From positions 4,278,001 to 4,342,000 of the forward strand of contig OZ218954.1 of assembly GCA_965112735.1 (NCBI GenBank): 64,000 bases of DNA, given 5' to 3'. Positions 20,232 to 33,681 of the stretch are shown here, piece by piece. Origin of the DNA: Phaeosaccion multiseriatum (taxonomy: Eukaryota; Protista; Ochrophyta, other classes). The notes under the pieces are model-generated. The model had not been told where the DNA came from. It saw only the letters and a program-made list of their open reading frames with translations, and searched no databases. Position 1 is the first letter of the stretch, and each line of letters begins with the position of its first letter. Position numbers and translations under genes: made by a program.

Positions 20232-23089
20232 ATGACAGCAGGTCCTTCTGCTGGCTCACGGCGTGGCACTCTGCTGGGAGGGGTGGGTGTGTTCGCCCTG
20301 TGCGCATGGCAAGTTGGCGGAGCAGGAGCAGCAGTTTCGGGGGGGCGGCATCAGCAGCAGGGGAGAAGGAGCATTAACGCCTTTGTCGGTGGTGGGAGTG
20401 TAAGGAGCCTGCGTAAGCAAGGACCTGGCAGTAGGGGTGTCAGCAGGAGGGTTGGCAGCAGTGCGCGCCGCGAGGAGGCGGGAAGACCTGCAGCAAGCAG
20501 ATGGAACAGAGGGAGGAGCATTAGCAGTAGCACCGGCAATAGTTTGATTGTAGAGGCCTACGGGGTTGATGGTAGCAGGCGATCGGCGACAGCAGCAGCC
20601 GGGCCACCGTCAAAAAGATCAATGAGGGGAGGAGGGTTCCTGGCGTCTGCGTTGGGCAAGGTGGTCGACCGAGTGGAGTCGGCTCGCACCCGAGTGAACC
20701 TCGGACCAGTTGGTGATATGGTAGCAGCACCGGCACCAGCAGCAACCCCCACCACCACAACGGAGCCGAAAGTGGGGATCGAAACTGTCTTCAGTACGAC
20801 GCCAAGCAAGCTCCGTCAATTCTTAAAAGTTACCAGTTTTTTTGTGGTGAGTCATGATGATGATGCATTCGTGGGGGCGAAATGAATAAAGGGGAAGGAA
20901 GGAAGGAAGGAAGGAGGGGAGGAGGGGAGGAGCGAGGAGCACGACGGGTGCGTATTGGGCCTAAAGGGTCTCCTTGCTTCAGGGCCTCCAGTGTCTCAAG
21001 CCAGCCACATCCCCTCCTGTCCCCTCCTTCTACGCCCACCTCCTCGTATCTGTCTCTGCCTGTGTACCCACCTCTCAGCTGTGGTACACCTTCAACGTGG
21101 GGTACAACATCTTTAGTAAGCTTGCACTGAATCAAGTGCAGCTTCCATGGACCATGGCTGTGGTGCAGCTTCTCACGGGTAAGTGAGACCAAGTGAGAGA
21201 GAGACTCTTCGCCAAGGGGGAGGAGCAACAACCACGCCAATAACCTAAACAGGACTCTACTAGAGTCTGACAGCGGGCGCCCCTCTTTCGTGGATACAAC
21301 CTCCTTCCTTTTTACTTCTTTCCTTTGTCCGTCTGTAACTGCTGCTCTCTGAATAACTACTACTACTACTACTACCACTACAACTACAATTGACAACAAC
21401 ATCAAAACATCAACACCCCCCCCCCCCGCAGGCATTCCTTACGTAATGTTCTTGTGGGCAACGGGCCTGAGGAAGAGACCTAAGGTCAACCTCTCGCACA
21501 TTAAAGTCATCACCCCTCTCGCCCTTATGCACATGTGCGCACACCAGGCCGCAGGTCAGTAAGTCAGTGAGGGGGAGGAGGAGGAGGAGGAGGAGGAGGC
21601 ATATGGGCAAGCACACAGGCACCTGCCATGTGCACACACATGCACAACACACGCACGCACACTCACAGCCCCACCAGCCCACCTCCATCCACACACACAT
21701 AGTCATCCACCCACCCCCGCCCACACAAAGCCGACGACCCCACGCCCTCTCCCCCCCAACGAACGACTTCCCGACCCAACCCAACCCAACCTAACTTCAA
21801 CCCTACCCTACCCAACCACCACCACAACCACCACTACACAAAACAGTCATCAGCATCAGCGCAGGGGCAGTGGGCTTTGTGCAAATCGTCAAGGCTGCTG
21901 AGCCCATCTTCACCAGCGCATTGAGTGCCATCTTTCTACGCCAGCTCCTCCCGCCCTTTGTGTACCTCACACTGGTGCCGGTGGTGGGCGGGGTGGCACT
22001 TGCCTCTCTTAAAGAGCTGTCCTTTTCTGTAACAGCTTTTTTGGCGGCGATGGTGTCCAATACTTGCGCGGCGAGCCGGAGCGTGTATGGGAAGGTGTGC
22101 ATGGGCAAGGACAAGGGGGAGAACATGGACGCCGGAAACCTGTAAGTAGTAGGGGATGTGGTGGGCGGGGGTGGGGGGGTGTGGTGGTGGAGGAACAAGA
22201 GAGCCATAGTACCGATGTGGGGGGGGCGTAGAAAAGCAAGCTACGGAAGCTAACTCTCTCTTGCTTCTCTCTCTCTCTGTTTTTCTCTCTATCTCTATCT
22301 CTTGTTTCTCTTCGCGTCCTCCTTTACCTTGCTTGCTGCTCTTGGTCCGTAGGTATGCGGTGATGACGCTCATCGCTTCCCTAGTGCTGGCACCCATTGC
22401 GTGGTCTCAAGAAGGTGCGAAGAGTAGAGTGGGCGTGCATATGGGCAGACAGGCCTGGTGGTTTGATGAGGAGGTGCCCAGTCTCTCCTCCCCGTACCCA
22501 TCTTCTCACCCTTGTACACGCATGTACATCACGCACGCACATCTATCCATTTATCTCCTCCTCCTCCTCCTCCTCCTCCTCCTCCTCCTCCTCCTCCTCC
22601 TCCTCCTCCTCCTCCTCCTCCTCCTCCTCCTCTTCCTCCTCCTCCTCCTCAACAGGGCGCACCGCTCGCGCAGCGTGGGACGCGGCCATTGCCGGTGGTG
22701 CCAATGCCGCTCGGCTGAAGCAACAGTTCCTCCTCAGCGGGATGTTCTTCTACCTGTACAACGAAGTGGCGTTCTACTGCCTCAATGAGATTCACCCGGT
22801 CACGCACGCAGTGGGCAACACCATGAAGCGGGTGGTGATGATCGCGGTCAGCATTTTGTTTTTCAAGCACCACTTTACGCCCTTGGGAGCCGTTGGAGGG
22901 GCTACGGCCATTGCTGGAGTGTTGAGCTACAGCCTTGCGAAGGCGCATGCGGACAGAGGCTTGAAGAATAAGGCTGCGGTAGCGGCGGCGGCAGGAGGTG
23001 ATGGCGAGGAGGGGGGCGGCGATGACGACGGCAGCGGAGTGGAATTGCTCAGCGGTTGGGGTGGAGAGGAAGACATCGAAGTACTCTGA
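20232..23089 (+). CDS. Plastid phosphate translocator (triose-phosphate transporter family)
   Basis: Motifs LWYTFNVGYNI, GAVGFVQIVKAAEPIF, LVPVVGGVALASLKELSF, FYLYNEVAF, HPVTHAVGNTMKRVV across six exons; about 200-aa N-terminal extension with a hydrophobic stretch followed by an S/R-rich region. Confidence 0.93.
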
Positions 23090-24071
23090 GGAGAGAGAGA
23101 GGCAGGGAGAGGGACGTGGAGCAATGGACAGATACTTACGTACTCTTTATCGAACTTGGCAGGGCGCCTGATTCGGCGTGCCGAAAGCTTGTTCTGGACG
23201 GCGAGGTACCCCCAGCTCGATCTGCTTCGATCTGCCCGGGCAGTGTGTGGCGTGTGACGTGTGGTGTGGTGGGTGCGTAGCAGAGCAGAGCAGGGAAGAA
23301 GAAGGGGTTGGATCGATTGAATCGAATCGAATGAACTCAATGGAGAAAGGCTCTGGATCGGGGTAGGGAGACAGAGTGTCTCACATGGGTACATTCGATT
23401 CGATGCTGTCGTCCAGTTTGGCCCTGAAGGAGGGGCCGTAAAGGACGGCAAGGAGAAAGAGGCAAGAGCGCTGAGTTAGATATATTGTACGTATCAGCTC
23501 AGCTCCGGGGGGGGGAGGGGGGGGCGACGCGTCAGCAGTGGTGGAGACGGAAGGGGCGGCGCGAGTGCGCGTGGCGGAATGGCGATATGAACGACGCAGC
23601 CTTCACGTTCTTTTATAGCAGGGAGTAGTGGGAGGACAAGTAGCAGCAGCAGCAGCAGCAGCAGCAGGGGCGATTTGTGACACACTGATACACTGGACCC
23701 GCATGAGTGCCGATCGGTTCTGTGACTTGTGAAGAGGGAGAGGTGAGAAGTGTGGGTGTGTGGGTCGGCGGAGTGGAGGTGAAGTGGAGCAAGCTCTTGT
23801 TTGTGGGTTGGAGATGGAGGTGCAGTTGCGGTTTACATATACTTCTTTGGATGTCCATGCAGAGGAAGGAGGAGGGGGGGGGAAGGGTATTAGAGAGAAA
23901 TGCAGAGATGGGACGAGTTTGTATCAAGAGTAGATGGTTTTGACGCCGGTGCCAGCACTGCTGCAGCCACAGGTAGACATAGAGATACAGAGATGGCAAT
24001 AGTATTAAAAGATATTTACAATGAAAATGAAGTCGCTTGCAAGTGAAAGGGTGAGTCCCTCACCCCAGCTG

Positions 24072-25082
24072 CTACACGTCACAAATCGTAACAACTCTCG
24101 ATCGCTGAACTCTCTCCCACTGGAGCTGCTCGCTGCCCTTCTTGGGCACCACAAACGGCATGTGACCAGAGAAGTCCGCGTTGGGGGTCATTGGCTTGTA
24201 AATGTATCTCTTCCAACGGAGGGAGCGGTTGACGCGTACTATTCGCCTCGTCTCGGCGAGATCCATCTCCCTGTTTCTTCTCCTCTCTAAACCCGCAATT
24301 AGGAAGGCACCAACAGCTCTGAAGCAGGTTCGCATGAGGCGCCATCTTTTACGAACGAGGAGTCGAGTTTCTTCCTGCTCCTTCTTCTTCCCCCTCTTCT
24401 TCTCCTCCTCCTTCTTCTTCCTCTTCTCCTTCTTCGTCTTCTTCTCCTCCTCCCCCTCCTTCTCCTCCTCTCCCCCCTCCTCCTCCTCCTCCTTCTCCTC
24501 CTCCTCCTCCTCCTCCTCCTCCTCCCCCTCCTTCTCCTCCTCTCCCTCCTCCTCCTCCTCCTCCTCCTGCTCCTCCTCCTCCTCCTCCTCCTCCTCCTCC
24601 TCCTCCTCCTCCTCCTCCTCCTCCTCCCTTCCCCCCCGCTCCTCGTCCTCCTCCCGGAAGAAGATGAGGACCTTCTTGCTGCGGGTCCCTCTCCCGGGTG
24701 GCGGCGTATTCGGTGCAGTTGCGGTGGTATTGGAAAACAACTTCTTCTCTTCCCGGTGGATCAGACTGTGCTTCTGGGACAGCTCTCGGCGGTGCTGCCT
24801 TTTCCTCGCATTTCGAACGAAGCGCCTCGCCAGACTGGCAACGGATGCCACAGACGCAAGGCCGGGAGAAGGCGGGGGAACCTGCTCTTGGGCTTGTTGG
24901 AGGCGGAAGCAGAGGAGATCCCGCTCTCGTTGGAGAGCCCCTGTTGTGGACAGGGACCTCCCTCCCCCCAAAGTTGAGCCGATCTCAAGCTTGAACTCAC
25001 ACGACTCGCCCTCCGTCCCGTTGTTGTCGTCTCCCAGCTTCTTGACCGGCCTCTCCTTCATGGAAGTCTGACTCTCTCCCAT
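24072..25082 (-). CDS. Hypothetical protein with central poly-Glu/Lys tract
   Basis: Uninterrupted ORF with non-repetitive flanks (ASLARRFVRNARKRQ; RKRWRLMRTCFRAVGAFL); no family recognised. Confidence 0.5.
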   Translation of the reverse strand: MGESQTSMKERPVKKLGDDNNGTEGESCEFKLEIGSTLGGGRSLSTTGALQRERDLLCFRLQQAQEQVPPPSPGLASVASVASLARRFVRNARKRQHRRELSQKHSLIHREEKKLFSNTTATAPNTPPPGRGTRSKKVLIFFREEDEERGGREEEEEEEEEEEEEEEEEEEQEEEEEEEGEEEKEGEEEEEEEEEEKEEEEEGGEEEKEGEEEKKTKKEKRKKKEEEKKRGKKKEQEETRLLVRKRWRLMRTCFRAVGAFLIAGLERRRNREMDLAETRRIVRVNRSLRWKRYIYKPMTPNADFSGHMPFVVPKKGSEQLQWERVQRSRVVTICDV

Positions 25083-25879
25083 CGTCCCCGCTTGCCCCAG
25101 GGCCCCAGGCTCGAGGTAGAGGTTGTCCGCTGAGCTTCGACATCTCCGTCTCTGTCCTTCTGACAGTCGCAAAGGGGGCAGTTGCGAAGGCCACAGCCCG
25201 ATTCTAGTCGACATTCAGTCGTCGCTGCACAAGGTCTTGTGTACGTGAAAGTAGAGTATAGAGTGAAAGGTTTTATGTTCTTTCCCCCGCTCCTATGTGG
25301 GCTTTTGCTTGCTGCTTCCGCAATTGAGTGCAGCGTATACGTGGTGTGTTCGTTGCGTCCTTTGGGGCCTAGGCGTGGCTTGACGTTCGAAAACAAGGTC
25401 AACAACAAAGGAAGAAAGGAAGAAAGCTTTCAACGGATGGCAGCTGAAGGGGGTTTTATGTGTAACGGCATTCGATTTATCAATTTATCACAGCCGTTAC
25501 TCTCAGTTTTCCCCCGGTTGGTTCAATCATGCTGGGAATCATGCGCCTTTATAAGCCGCTCTAAAAAGCGTGCTCGCTCAAGCTCAGCGACTTAGCTCAA
25601 TGCGTGCTCCATGTTCAGTCTAGTCGAGAGGGAGAGTCGAGGTGGTCGAGTCGGAGAGTCGAGAAGCTACCGAAAACGCAGCCACGTACCGGACCTGTCC
25701 TCCCGGCCTTCCCAGGAGTACCCGCCCGCTCTCCCCCTCTCTCCATTGATACAGTCTCTATTTGGTTAGAAAACTGGATGAGAAATTCATCTAAACTTCC
25801 TTCCCTCTCGCAACTCGCTCCTTCCCAGCACCTCATCGCTCGTTTCCCGGGTGCCCCCCCCCCTCCGGCGTGTTTCCCA

Positions 25880-26131
25880 TACGTGGGACGCTACTGCTCC
25901 TCCTTCTCCTTCCACCTTGACCTTCTTGTCTAGCTTGACGCCGCAGGCCTGGTATGTCTCCGGCGGAATCACCTCCGCGTCCTCCCCGACCTCGTCGTAA
26001 GTTCCCCGTGGGGAGGGCTTCGGGTAGAGGCCGGTCCACCCGAAGAGGATGAGCCCAATGACCTTCGTGAGGCCACAGTCGAGGCCTGCTCTCTCCATCT
26101 TGGGGACACCGTCATCGGAGAGGGCGTCCCC
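25880..26131 (-). pseudogene. Duplicated last-exon fragment of the neighbouring GFA-like gene
   Basis: DDGVPKMER...ILFGWTGLYPKPSP...KLDKKVKVEG matches 26785-27025 with an internal deletion; upstream exons absent. Confidence 0.85.
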
Positions 26132-26732
26132 GTAACTGAAACGGCAATTGCCCTCTCATCACTCCCCCCACCCACCCAACCACCCACACCACACACGCGC
26201 ACACACACATACACACACACACGTGTAGTTGGGTTTACTCTTTTGCCAAGTCGGTACGTTTCTCTGGACCCTGACGTGCCACCTGATACCCCTCCTCCCG
26301 CGTGAGGGGCCTCCCCCTGGAGATCGGGATCTGTGATTTGGAGCATTCAAGCTCCCCAATGCCTCCAGAGGCCTCCAACAGCTTTATACACGGGCAGGGC
26401 CGTTCATTAGCGTGCCACCTCGGCCCGATGAATAGGTCGGTACAGCATGCCTCGAGCCTTCACACCATACGGCACCTTTCCAGGCCCGGCCCTATTCAGT
26501 AGCCCTGTCGTCCTCCTCCTGCGCCTGCTCCTCCGGCTGCTCCTGCGGCTCCTCCTCCTGTCACTACTGCTACTACTACTACTACTACTACTACTACTGC
26601 TGCTGCTAACACAGCACTACAACTCTTGCGGCTTATAACGTGGGCACCACCCCTTTTTAAAAGCAGCTCCGGAAATCGTGAAACCTGGCAGGAAAGAAAA
26701 TCCCGTCCTCCCCTTCTTCTTCTCAGACCACG

Positions 26733-27856
26733 CTAAGCCTGCTCCTTCGTCTCTTCTCCTCCTCCTTCTCCCTCTGCCCCTCCTTCAACCTTGACCTTCT
26801 TGTCTAGCTTGAAGCCGAGGGAGTGGTACGTCTCCAGTGGAATCAACTCCGCGTCCTCCCCGAGCTCGTTGTAAAGACCGATGGTGGTGTCAGCCTTTTG
26901 CTCTGGGGAGGGCTTCGGGTAGAGGCCAGTCCATCCGAAGAGGATGGGCCCAATGAACTTCTTGAGGCCATAGCCGATGTCAATCCTTTCCATCTTGGGG
27001 ACACCGTCGTCGGGGAGGGCATCCCAGTGCTCACGGTTCGCACAGTGCCCCATGAGACGAGCAGCTGTGGGAACGAAAGGAGGAAGCAAGCAAGGAAGCA
27101 AGGAAGGAAGAAAAGAAGGGAGAGAGAGAGGATATTTGGATCGCGATCGATGTAAGTTCTCTGAGACAACTACAGCTGCGGGTTTGTAACCCACCTAAGG
27201 GGAAGCCCGGGTCCGATCCATCTTCGTTGGTGATGGTATTCTTGTTCAAGGGTCGCATTGCCAAAGGGAACCCCTTGCCGCCCAGCATTATGATGACGGT
27301 GTTGCAGCACGTGCAGTAGGTCCGGCTCGCTTTGGACTTCGGGGTGGCTATGATGCTCGCCATCTTGTCCTGCCCCTTGACGAACTCAATGTCCTTCACC
27401 CAAAAGCCTGTAGGTGGGGGGGCGGGCGCGAAAGCGTTGTGAGCAGAGAGGGACGAGAAGCGAAGCGAGGCGATGAGAAAGGGCAGCCAGGAACCGCAAC
27501 AGGAGATATAGTTGCTGACTACTACAGAGCAGAAAGGACTAACCACCCGCAACCCTCCGCTCGTATTCTTTCACCTGCAATTGATGCCCCGTGTGTGTTC
27601 GGCTCGAAGAGAGAGATGTTCTTGGTGCCAGCCGTGGCAGCCTTGTCATCCACATATCTGAGCCAATGATCGAGTGGATGGGGCTCGCAAAAGTTAATTT
27701 AAGAGCATTCTTTGCCTTGCCTTCCGATCTCCGATCTCCGTACTTAGCGTGGGTGGTGCAGCAGTCGCAGAAGCAGTCATGGACATTCGCAGGTTCGCCA
27801 TTCAGCCTCAGCTCCACTTCCCCGCAAGCGCACTTGGATATGTATGGAGCCGGCAT
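26733..27856 (-). CDS. GFA/CENP-V (Mss4-like Zn-binding) domain protein
   Basis: CACGEVELRLNGEP...DCFCDCC and RTYCTCCNT motifs; four exons join in phase through GT-AG introns. Confidence 0.8.
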
Positions 27857-28513
27857 CGTTAGGGATCTGTAAGGAGAAAGGGTTAAGGAAGATCGTGGAA
27901 GAGGGAGGGGAGTGAAAAAACTGTAACTGTAAATTTCGTTTCCTCTTCCTCCTCCTCATCCATCGTTGTCGTCGAGAGGGCAGAGGAGAGAAGAGCGGCA
28001 GCAGTCATGAACAACTTCATAATGGTGCGTAAGCGAGGCTGCAGGAAGGGATGCTCTGCCTCTCTTCACCCCCTCAACTCCTGACCCTTATCCACTTTGC
28101 TGTGCTTCTCGGCTCCATGTACTCTACGGTCCCCTTCTCTCCCATCCACGCTACGTTCCTTCCTCATCCATCAAGTTCGTGGGCGTTATCCTAGCGTATC
28201 AGGCCGTCAACGCGGAGGCTGACTGGGCGAAGGGCGGCTGCTTCTTCATCGCGATTCAGATGTTGCTTTGGTCAATTACCAATGGCCTCAAGTAGTAGCA
28301 GTAGGAGCATCACAACAACACCCACCCCCCCCCTCTGTCCGCCCCCCATCTCTGCCCTCTTGTGCGGAGCGATCGCAGCGGGGCGTGGTGAGTGTGGGGG
28401 GCGGGGCGGCGGCGTTTCAGTTCGGCACGCTCACGGCAGGCTCACTCGCCGGTGTAGCACAAAGTAGGCAGCGGGAGTAACACCAACAGCAGTCCCGTAT
28501 CATCGGCAGCAGC

Positions 28514-30070
28514 ATGAGCCACCCTGTAGACACCAACCGGATGACAATGATGCTGGAGGACAGCCTACGAGCGCTGGCGTGGCAGCCTCACGCATTGCCA
28601 TCGCTGCTGAGGAGCGGTGGGCATATGTCGGCGTTGCTCTCGCTCTCCTCCGACCCCCGCCGCTGCGGTGCACTGACGCTCCAGCAGGTGAGTGAGGAGA
28701 AGAAGCGCCTTTTGCTCGAGAGAGTAGATGGGAGAGAGAGACTCAGAGAGAGAGAGAGAGAGGTGGGAGGAGGGGAGAGAGCGAGCGAGCGAGAGAGACG
28801 GAGAGGGAGACAGAGAGAGAGAAGAGGAGAGATAAGGGGGGAGAGAGAGGGAGAGAGAGAGGAGAGAGGGTACTAACCTCCCTCACACTGATGGCCCTGC
28901 TTTTTCTCGCTTTGTGTCTCCCCTTGGATGGTACTGGATGGTAGGCCTACCTCCTCGCCGATATTGCGTGGAGATACTCCGAGATACTTATTCGCGGTAC
29001 CCACTTGATCAGCAGGTCTGTGTCGGTCGGTCGGCTGGTCCGTCAGTCTCAGTCTTATCTGATGTACCTTCTCTCAGTTGCAAAACCGATCCATCACAGC
29101 ACCCTTAAAAAACGCAATGTTGGTAACTCCACCGAATCTGTTTTTCTCCCTCTCCCACCTGCTCTCTCCTCTCTTTTCTTCGCACGCGCTCTCTCCATCT
29201 CTCTCTCTCATCTCTCCGCCTCTCCCCCTCCATTCCCCCTCCCCCTCCCCCTCTCTACGTCTCTCTCAATCCCTCTCTCTCTCTGTGGGTTACAGACCGG
29301 ACAGAGCTGCAGTGGGGCGGGTGGTGCAAGCTAGCATGGAGGCATGCGCTCACTTTCTCGCATCCATCCAGAGTGGAGTTGCTGCAGCAGGAGAGGAGGG
29401 GCGCGAGGTGAGGCACGTATGGAGAGGTGCGAGGGACGGACGCACGGGACAGCGCGACGCATTGCATCTGCGGCCTCAGCGCCAGCTTCACTACTTTGCC
29501 CCCCCCCCCCCCCCCCCCTCCCCTTCACTCTCAGTTTCACTTTCTGTGTCAGTTTCGTAAAACTTTCTCAGCACCTCCTCCCCCTCTCCCCATCCACTGC
29601 CTTCCTCAGCCTCAGCTTCAGCAAATGGCGACTGAGGTGGTGCTCAGGGTATCGGATGCCGCTAAAAGACTCTTACTCTACGCCCAAGAGGGGCCAACCC
29701 TCGGCTCAGGCTCAGGCTCAGTCGTGCCTCCCCATCCACTGCCATCCCTCCTCGGCCCGAGCGTCGGCTCGGAAGTGCCTCCCCACGTGCTGTCCTCGTG
29801 TGTGTGCGTGCTGCTCCTAGCCGCCGCCGGAGAGGCCACAGGAGAGGGGCCTTTGGTGTCAGGACATGGGCGTTTAGTGCCAGGACAGAGGCTGGCGCAG
29901 ACCGCGCTGGAGCTTGCCAGACCGGTACGTTGCTTGGGTCAAGGGGGGAGAACAAGGCGTGGGTGTGTGTGTGTGGGCGGAGGGAGGGGCAGGGGTGGGT
30001 GGGAAGGGGGTGTGGGTTGTGTGGGCCGGCGGGTGGGCTGTAGTGGGTGGTGGGGTGGCCGTGTGAATTA

Positions 30071-30119
<49 letters not shown>

Positions 30120-33100
30120 TGTGCTTCCACGACCTTCCCACACGGGCACGTGGTGAGGCTGAAACTGAAATTGACACACGCCTCCCCCTGCCCCCCCCCC
30201 CCCACCCCCTCCCCGACAGATACTCTCCCACGAGCGACTATTGCCCGTTCTCCTACCCGCCCTACTGCGTGCCACACACTCAGAGGTGCTTTTCAGGCTC
30301 TATGAGGCGGCGGAGTGGGGAACGCCTTCCCCTCAGCATCAGCATCAGCCTCAGTCTCAGCCTCAGCCAGTGCTGCCCTCAAGGTTCAGGGTACTGTCAC
30401 AAAGCTGGCCAGCTCTGGCGGGGACGTTTTCGCATCTGGCGAGGAGGGGAGGGGAAGGGGAGAAGAAGCAGGGGCAGGGGCAGTTTTGGCAGGCTTTCTC
30501 GTCTATCCAGAGCATTCTGCGGCTGGGGGAAGAGGGAGAAGTTGAGAATCATAGAGGAGGAGGAGGAGGAGAAGGACATACAAGTGGGAGAAGGAGGAGG
30601 AGGAGGAGGAGGGGTGATGCCTGCTGCTCGCCTTCGATGCTTGCGGCGGCCTTTGTCGCGGCAGGAGGCATGCTGCACGGCCTGGCAGGGCGTGTCGTTG
30701 CCTCCTCGGATACCGCTGCTCCTTACGATGATGATTCTGCGGGAGGGACAGGAGAGGCAAGACAAAGAGCAAGTAGTGGAAGTAGAAGAGGAGGAGGAGG
30801 AGGAGGAGGAGGAGGAGGAGGAGGAGGAGGAGGAGGAGGAGGAGGAGGAGGAGGAGGATGGGAGGAGGCGGTGAATGCTGGTCTATGGGAGGCCTCTTGG
30901 GCTCTCGCCCCACTGCGGACGTTGCTGGACGCCTTGCTGGGGAGGGTGCGGAGGGGGACTGTTCGGACTGTTCCCGCTGGAGGGGAGGAGGAGTGGGGTC
31001 AGCCTGCCTGCCCTGCCAGCTGTGAGTGGGATGTTACGTCTGCGGCGGTGTTTGGGCTTGCCTATGGCTCTACGCAGTTGATTGGTCCAGGAGCAGCAAC
31101 AGTACCAAATCGTGATAGAGCAGTTGGTAATACAGAGGAGGCACTTGGTGGGCTTGATGTGGACAGCATCATCGTGGCGCTGGGAAGCTGTGTGCACCAG
31201 GGGCCGGTGGCTCGACGCTTAGCCTTGGCAACGGCTGCACCAGCAGAAGTACGTTCTTCAGTTGGTTCTTCAGCAGGACGGACGCCGCTGCTTGTGAGCG
31301 TGTATGCAGCTCTGGGTGCGCTTCTCTCTCGGCCCCGCACACGGCCACAGACGCGCCTGCATGTGCTCACACAGGCTCTTGCGGCTGCGAGAGGCGCCCA
31401 TGTGGCGAGGAGGCTTCATCAACGCGCCACCGCCGCCCCTGTGAGTGAGAGTGACTGTGGTGGTGGTGGTGGTGGTGGTGGTGGAGGAGGAGGAGGAGGA
31501 GGAGCAGGCGTCGCGGGGAAAGATCCTTCGCTGCGCACGTCGACAATGCTGACGGAGGGAATGGAAGTCGGGTTAGGGATGGGGACTGAGATTGGGATTG
31601 GGCCTCTGCCCACAGAGCTGTTGTCGAGGGTGCTCTTGGCCTTTGTGGGGCCGTTGGTGGCGTCTCTGCAATTCAGACTGCGGAGGTGCGCCGCTGCTGC
31701 TGCTGCTGCTGCTGCTGCTTTAAACTCCTCCTCGAGCGACGCACCGCCCCGTGGGTACTTCCCTGTGGAGGATGAGGAAGGCGAAGGAGCGGTGGCGCTG
31801 CTCTGCGTGGAGCTGCTATCGCTCTGCGCTGCCCCTGGTGGTCGGGGTCAGGGTCAGGGCCCTCCACCCTCGGGGCAGGCGTATCAGCAGCAGCAGTATC
31901 AGCAACAGTTGATAGTACAGCAGCAGCAGCGGCAGCAGTTGGTCCTTCAGCGTCTGTTGGAGTCGCTTGACGAGTGGCCCTTTCTTCAGCTGGCGGTGCT
32001 GTCTAGAGTGTCCACTCCAGAACTGTTTGAAGAAGTACACGGAACGGCCGCAAGGGGGTGCGAGGGCTGCTGGCTGGTACGATACAGTACAAGTAGGGCA
32101 GGGGTAGGGCCGATGGGAGAGGGGGGTGAGGAGGAAGAGGAGGAGGAGGCTGATGATCGCAAAGTAGCAGCCCTGCGAGCGGCTTGGGTGCGGCAACGGC
32201 AGCGAGAAGAGCAGGGGCAGCAAGTGCAAATGCGAGTGCACAGAGGAAACAATGGCAGTAGATGGGGTGGGTTAGCGCAGCTGGTGGAGCTGCACGGAGG
32301 AGGAGGAGGAGGAGGAGGAGGAGAAGGAGGAGGAGGACTGGCGACTGGGGGTTGCGCTCTTAGGGACGAGGAGATGGGAAGCAGGTTGGTGGTGCACCTG
32401 CAGGCCGCTCACAGATGGCTGGGCAGTGTAGGCCACTTCGCCGCTCTGCCAGCCTCCTCGCCCATCCTAGCGCCACTGCTCCTGTATCACCAACTGCGCG
32501 AGGATGAGGGGGGGGAGAAGGGCATGACTGCCATGTACATAGGAAACGGGCATAGGCGCGAGCAGCAGCCAGAGGGAGGAGGAGGAGGAGGAGGAGGAGA
32601 AGGAGGAGGAGGAGGAGGAGGAGGAGGAGGAGGAGGAGGAGGGGTGGTGTGCGTCAACTTGGTCGGGCTCCTCCTCTCTCTCTGCCAACACACGCTGGAC
32701 CCGTGTAATGCGCTGGCCCACTCTCTGCTGTGGCAGGTGCTGAATCAGCCCTACCTCCTCCAAGCCGCCGCTGCTGCTGCTGCTGCTGCTGCTGTATCAC
32801 CAACTACTGTAGGAGATGGAGATGGAGATGGAGAGAGCCTTAGAGGGAGGCTCGCGTGCCGATACGCGGTCGCCGCTGCCCAGAGCTTCCCCACGGCTAC
32901 CTCAGCATCCAGCCTGGCCACTGCGGTTGGGCTTTTAGTGGGCGGACTTGGGTATCACAGGACCATGCAGAGCGCCGCCCTGTACACTGTGGGGGTGCTG
33001 AGAGCGAGGGCGCTGCAATTGCTTGGTAATGTTGGTCGTCATGATGCTGCCGCAGCAGTTGGTCATACAGCAGCAGGTGTTGGTGGCGGGGAGGGGGAGG

Positions 33101-33581
33101 CGGCAGGGGTGGGGGTTCTTGCTCTCCTTTTCGGTCTACTCAAGGTGTGCTCACTGGACCTTCTTCCTCACCTCATGTCCGAAGTAGAGCTGCTGTTGCT
33201 TGGCGACGACCTGTCACCAACCCACACAGAGCGGGCCTTTTCCGTGCTCTACGACTCCATCTCGCATCGCTGTGAGCCGGGCCGGAGGAATGACTTGGCC
33301 TACTGGTATCTCCGATTGGCGAATCAGCATGAGGCGCTGGTGATACGGCAGCAGCAGGAACAGCAGAAGTTGGTGGTACAGGAGCAGCAGCAGCAGAGAG
33401 ACGGGGTGAAGGTGGCTCCGGGAGAAGGGAAAGGGGGGGGAGAGCGCGGGGGAGGAGCGGGAGGAGCGGGTGGGGTGGGCGGTGCAGTTGGCGATACAGC
33501 AGCAGTACTTGGTGATGCAGCAGCGGTTGGTGATACAGAAGGGTCGAGACGGGAGACTGTCGGCGCTTCTTCCTCTCTCAG

Positions 33582-33616
<35 letters not shown>

Positions 33617-33681
33617 GTCAACCACGAAGGGGACAGAGGAGTGTGGTAATTTCGCCCAGTGGGATGCAGAGCATGCTGTAG
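28514..33681 (+). CDS. Large helical-repeat protein, PEX8-like, C-terminal PTS1-like tripeptide SML
   Basis: Long terminal exon; blocks ALAHSLLWQVL, YAVAAAQSFPTATSASSLATAVGLLV, LLKVCSLDLLPHLMSEVELL and LYDSISHRCEPGRRNDLAYWYLRL follow the pattern I recall for PEX8 C-termini; ends -SML*. Upstream exons approximate. Confidence 0.65.

Noticed and set aside
26218-26510. Another retroelement 3' end next to a (GT/CA)-rich tract
   Set aside because: No second copy or recognisable protein motif in the window.
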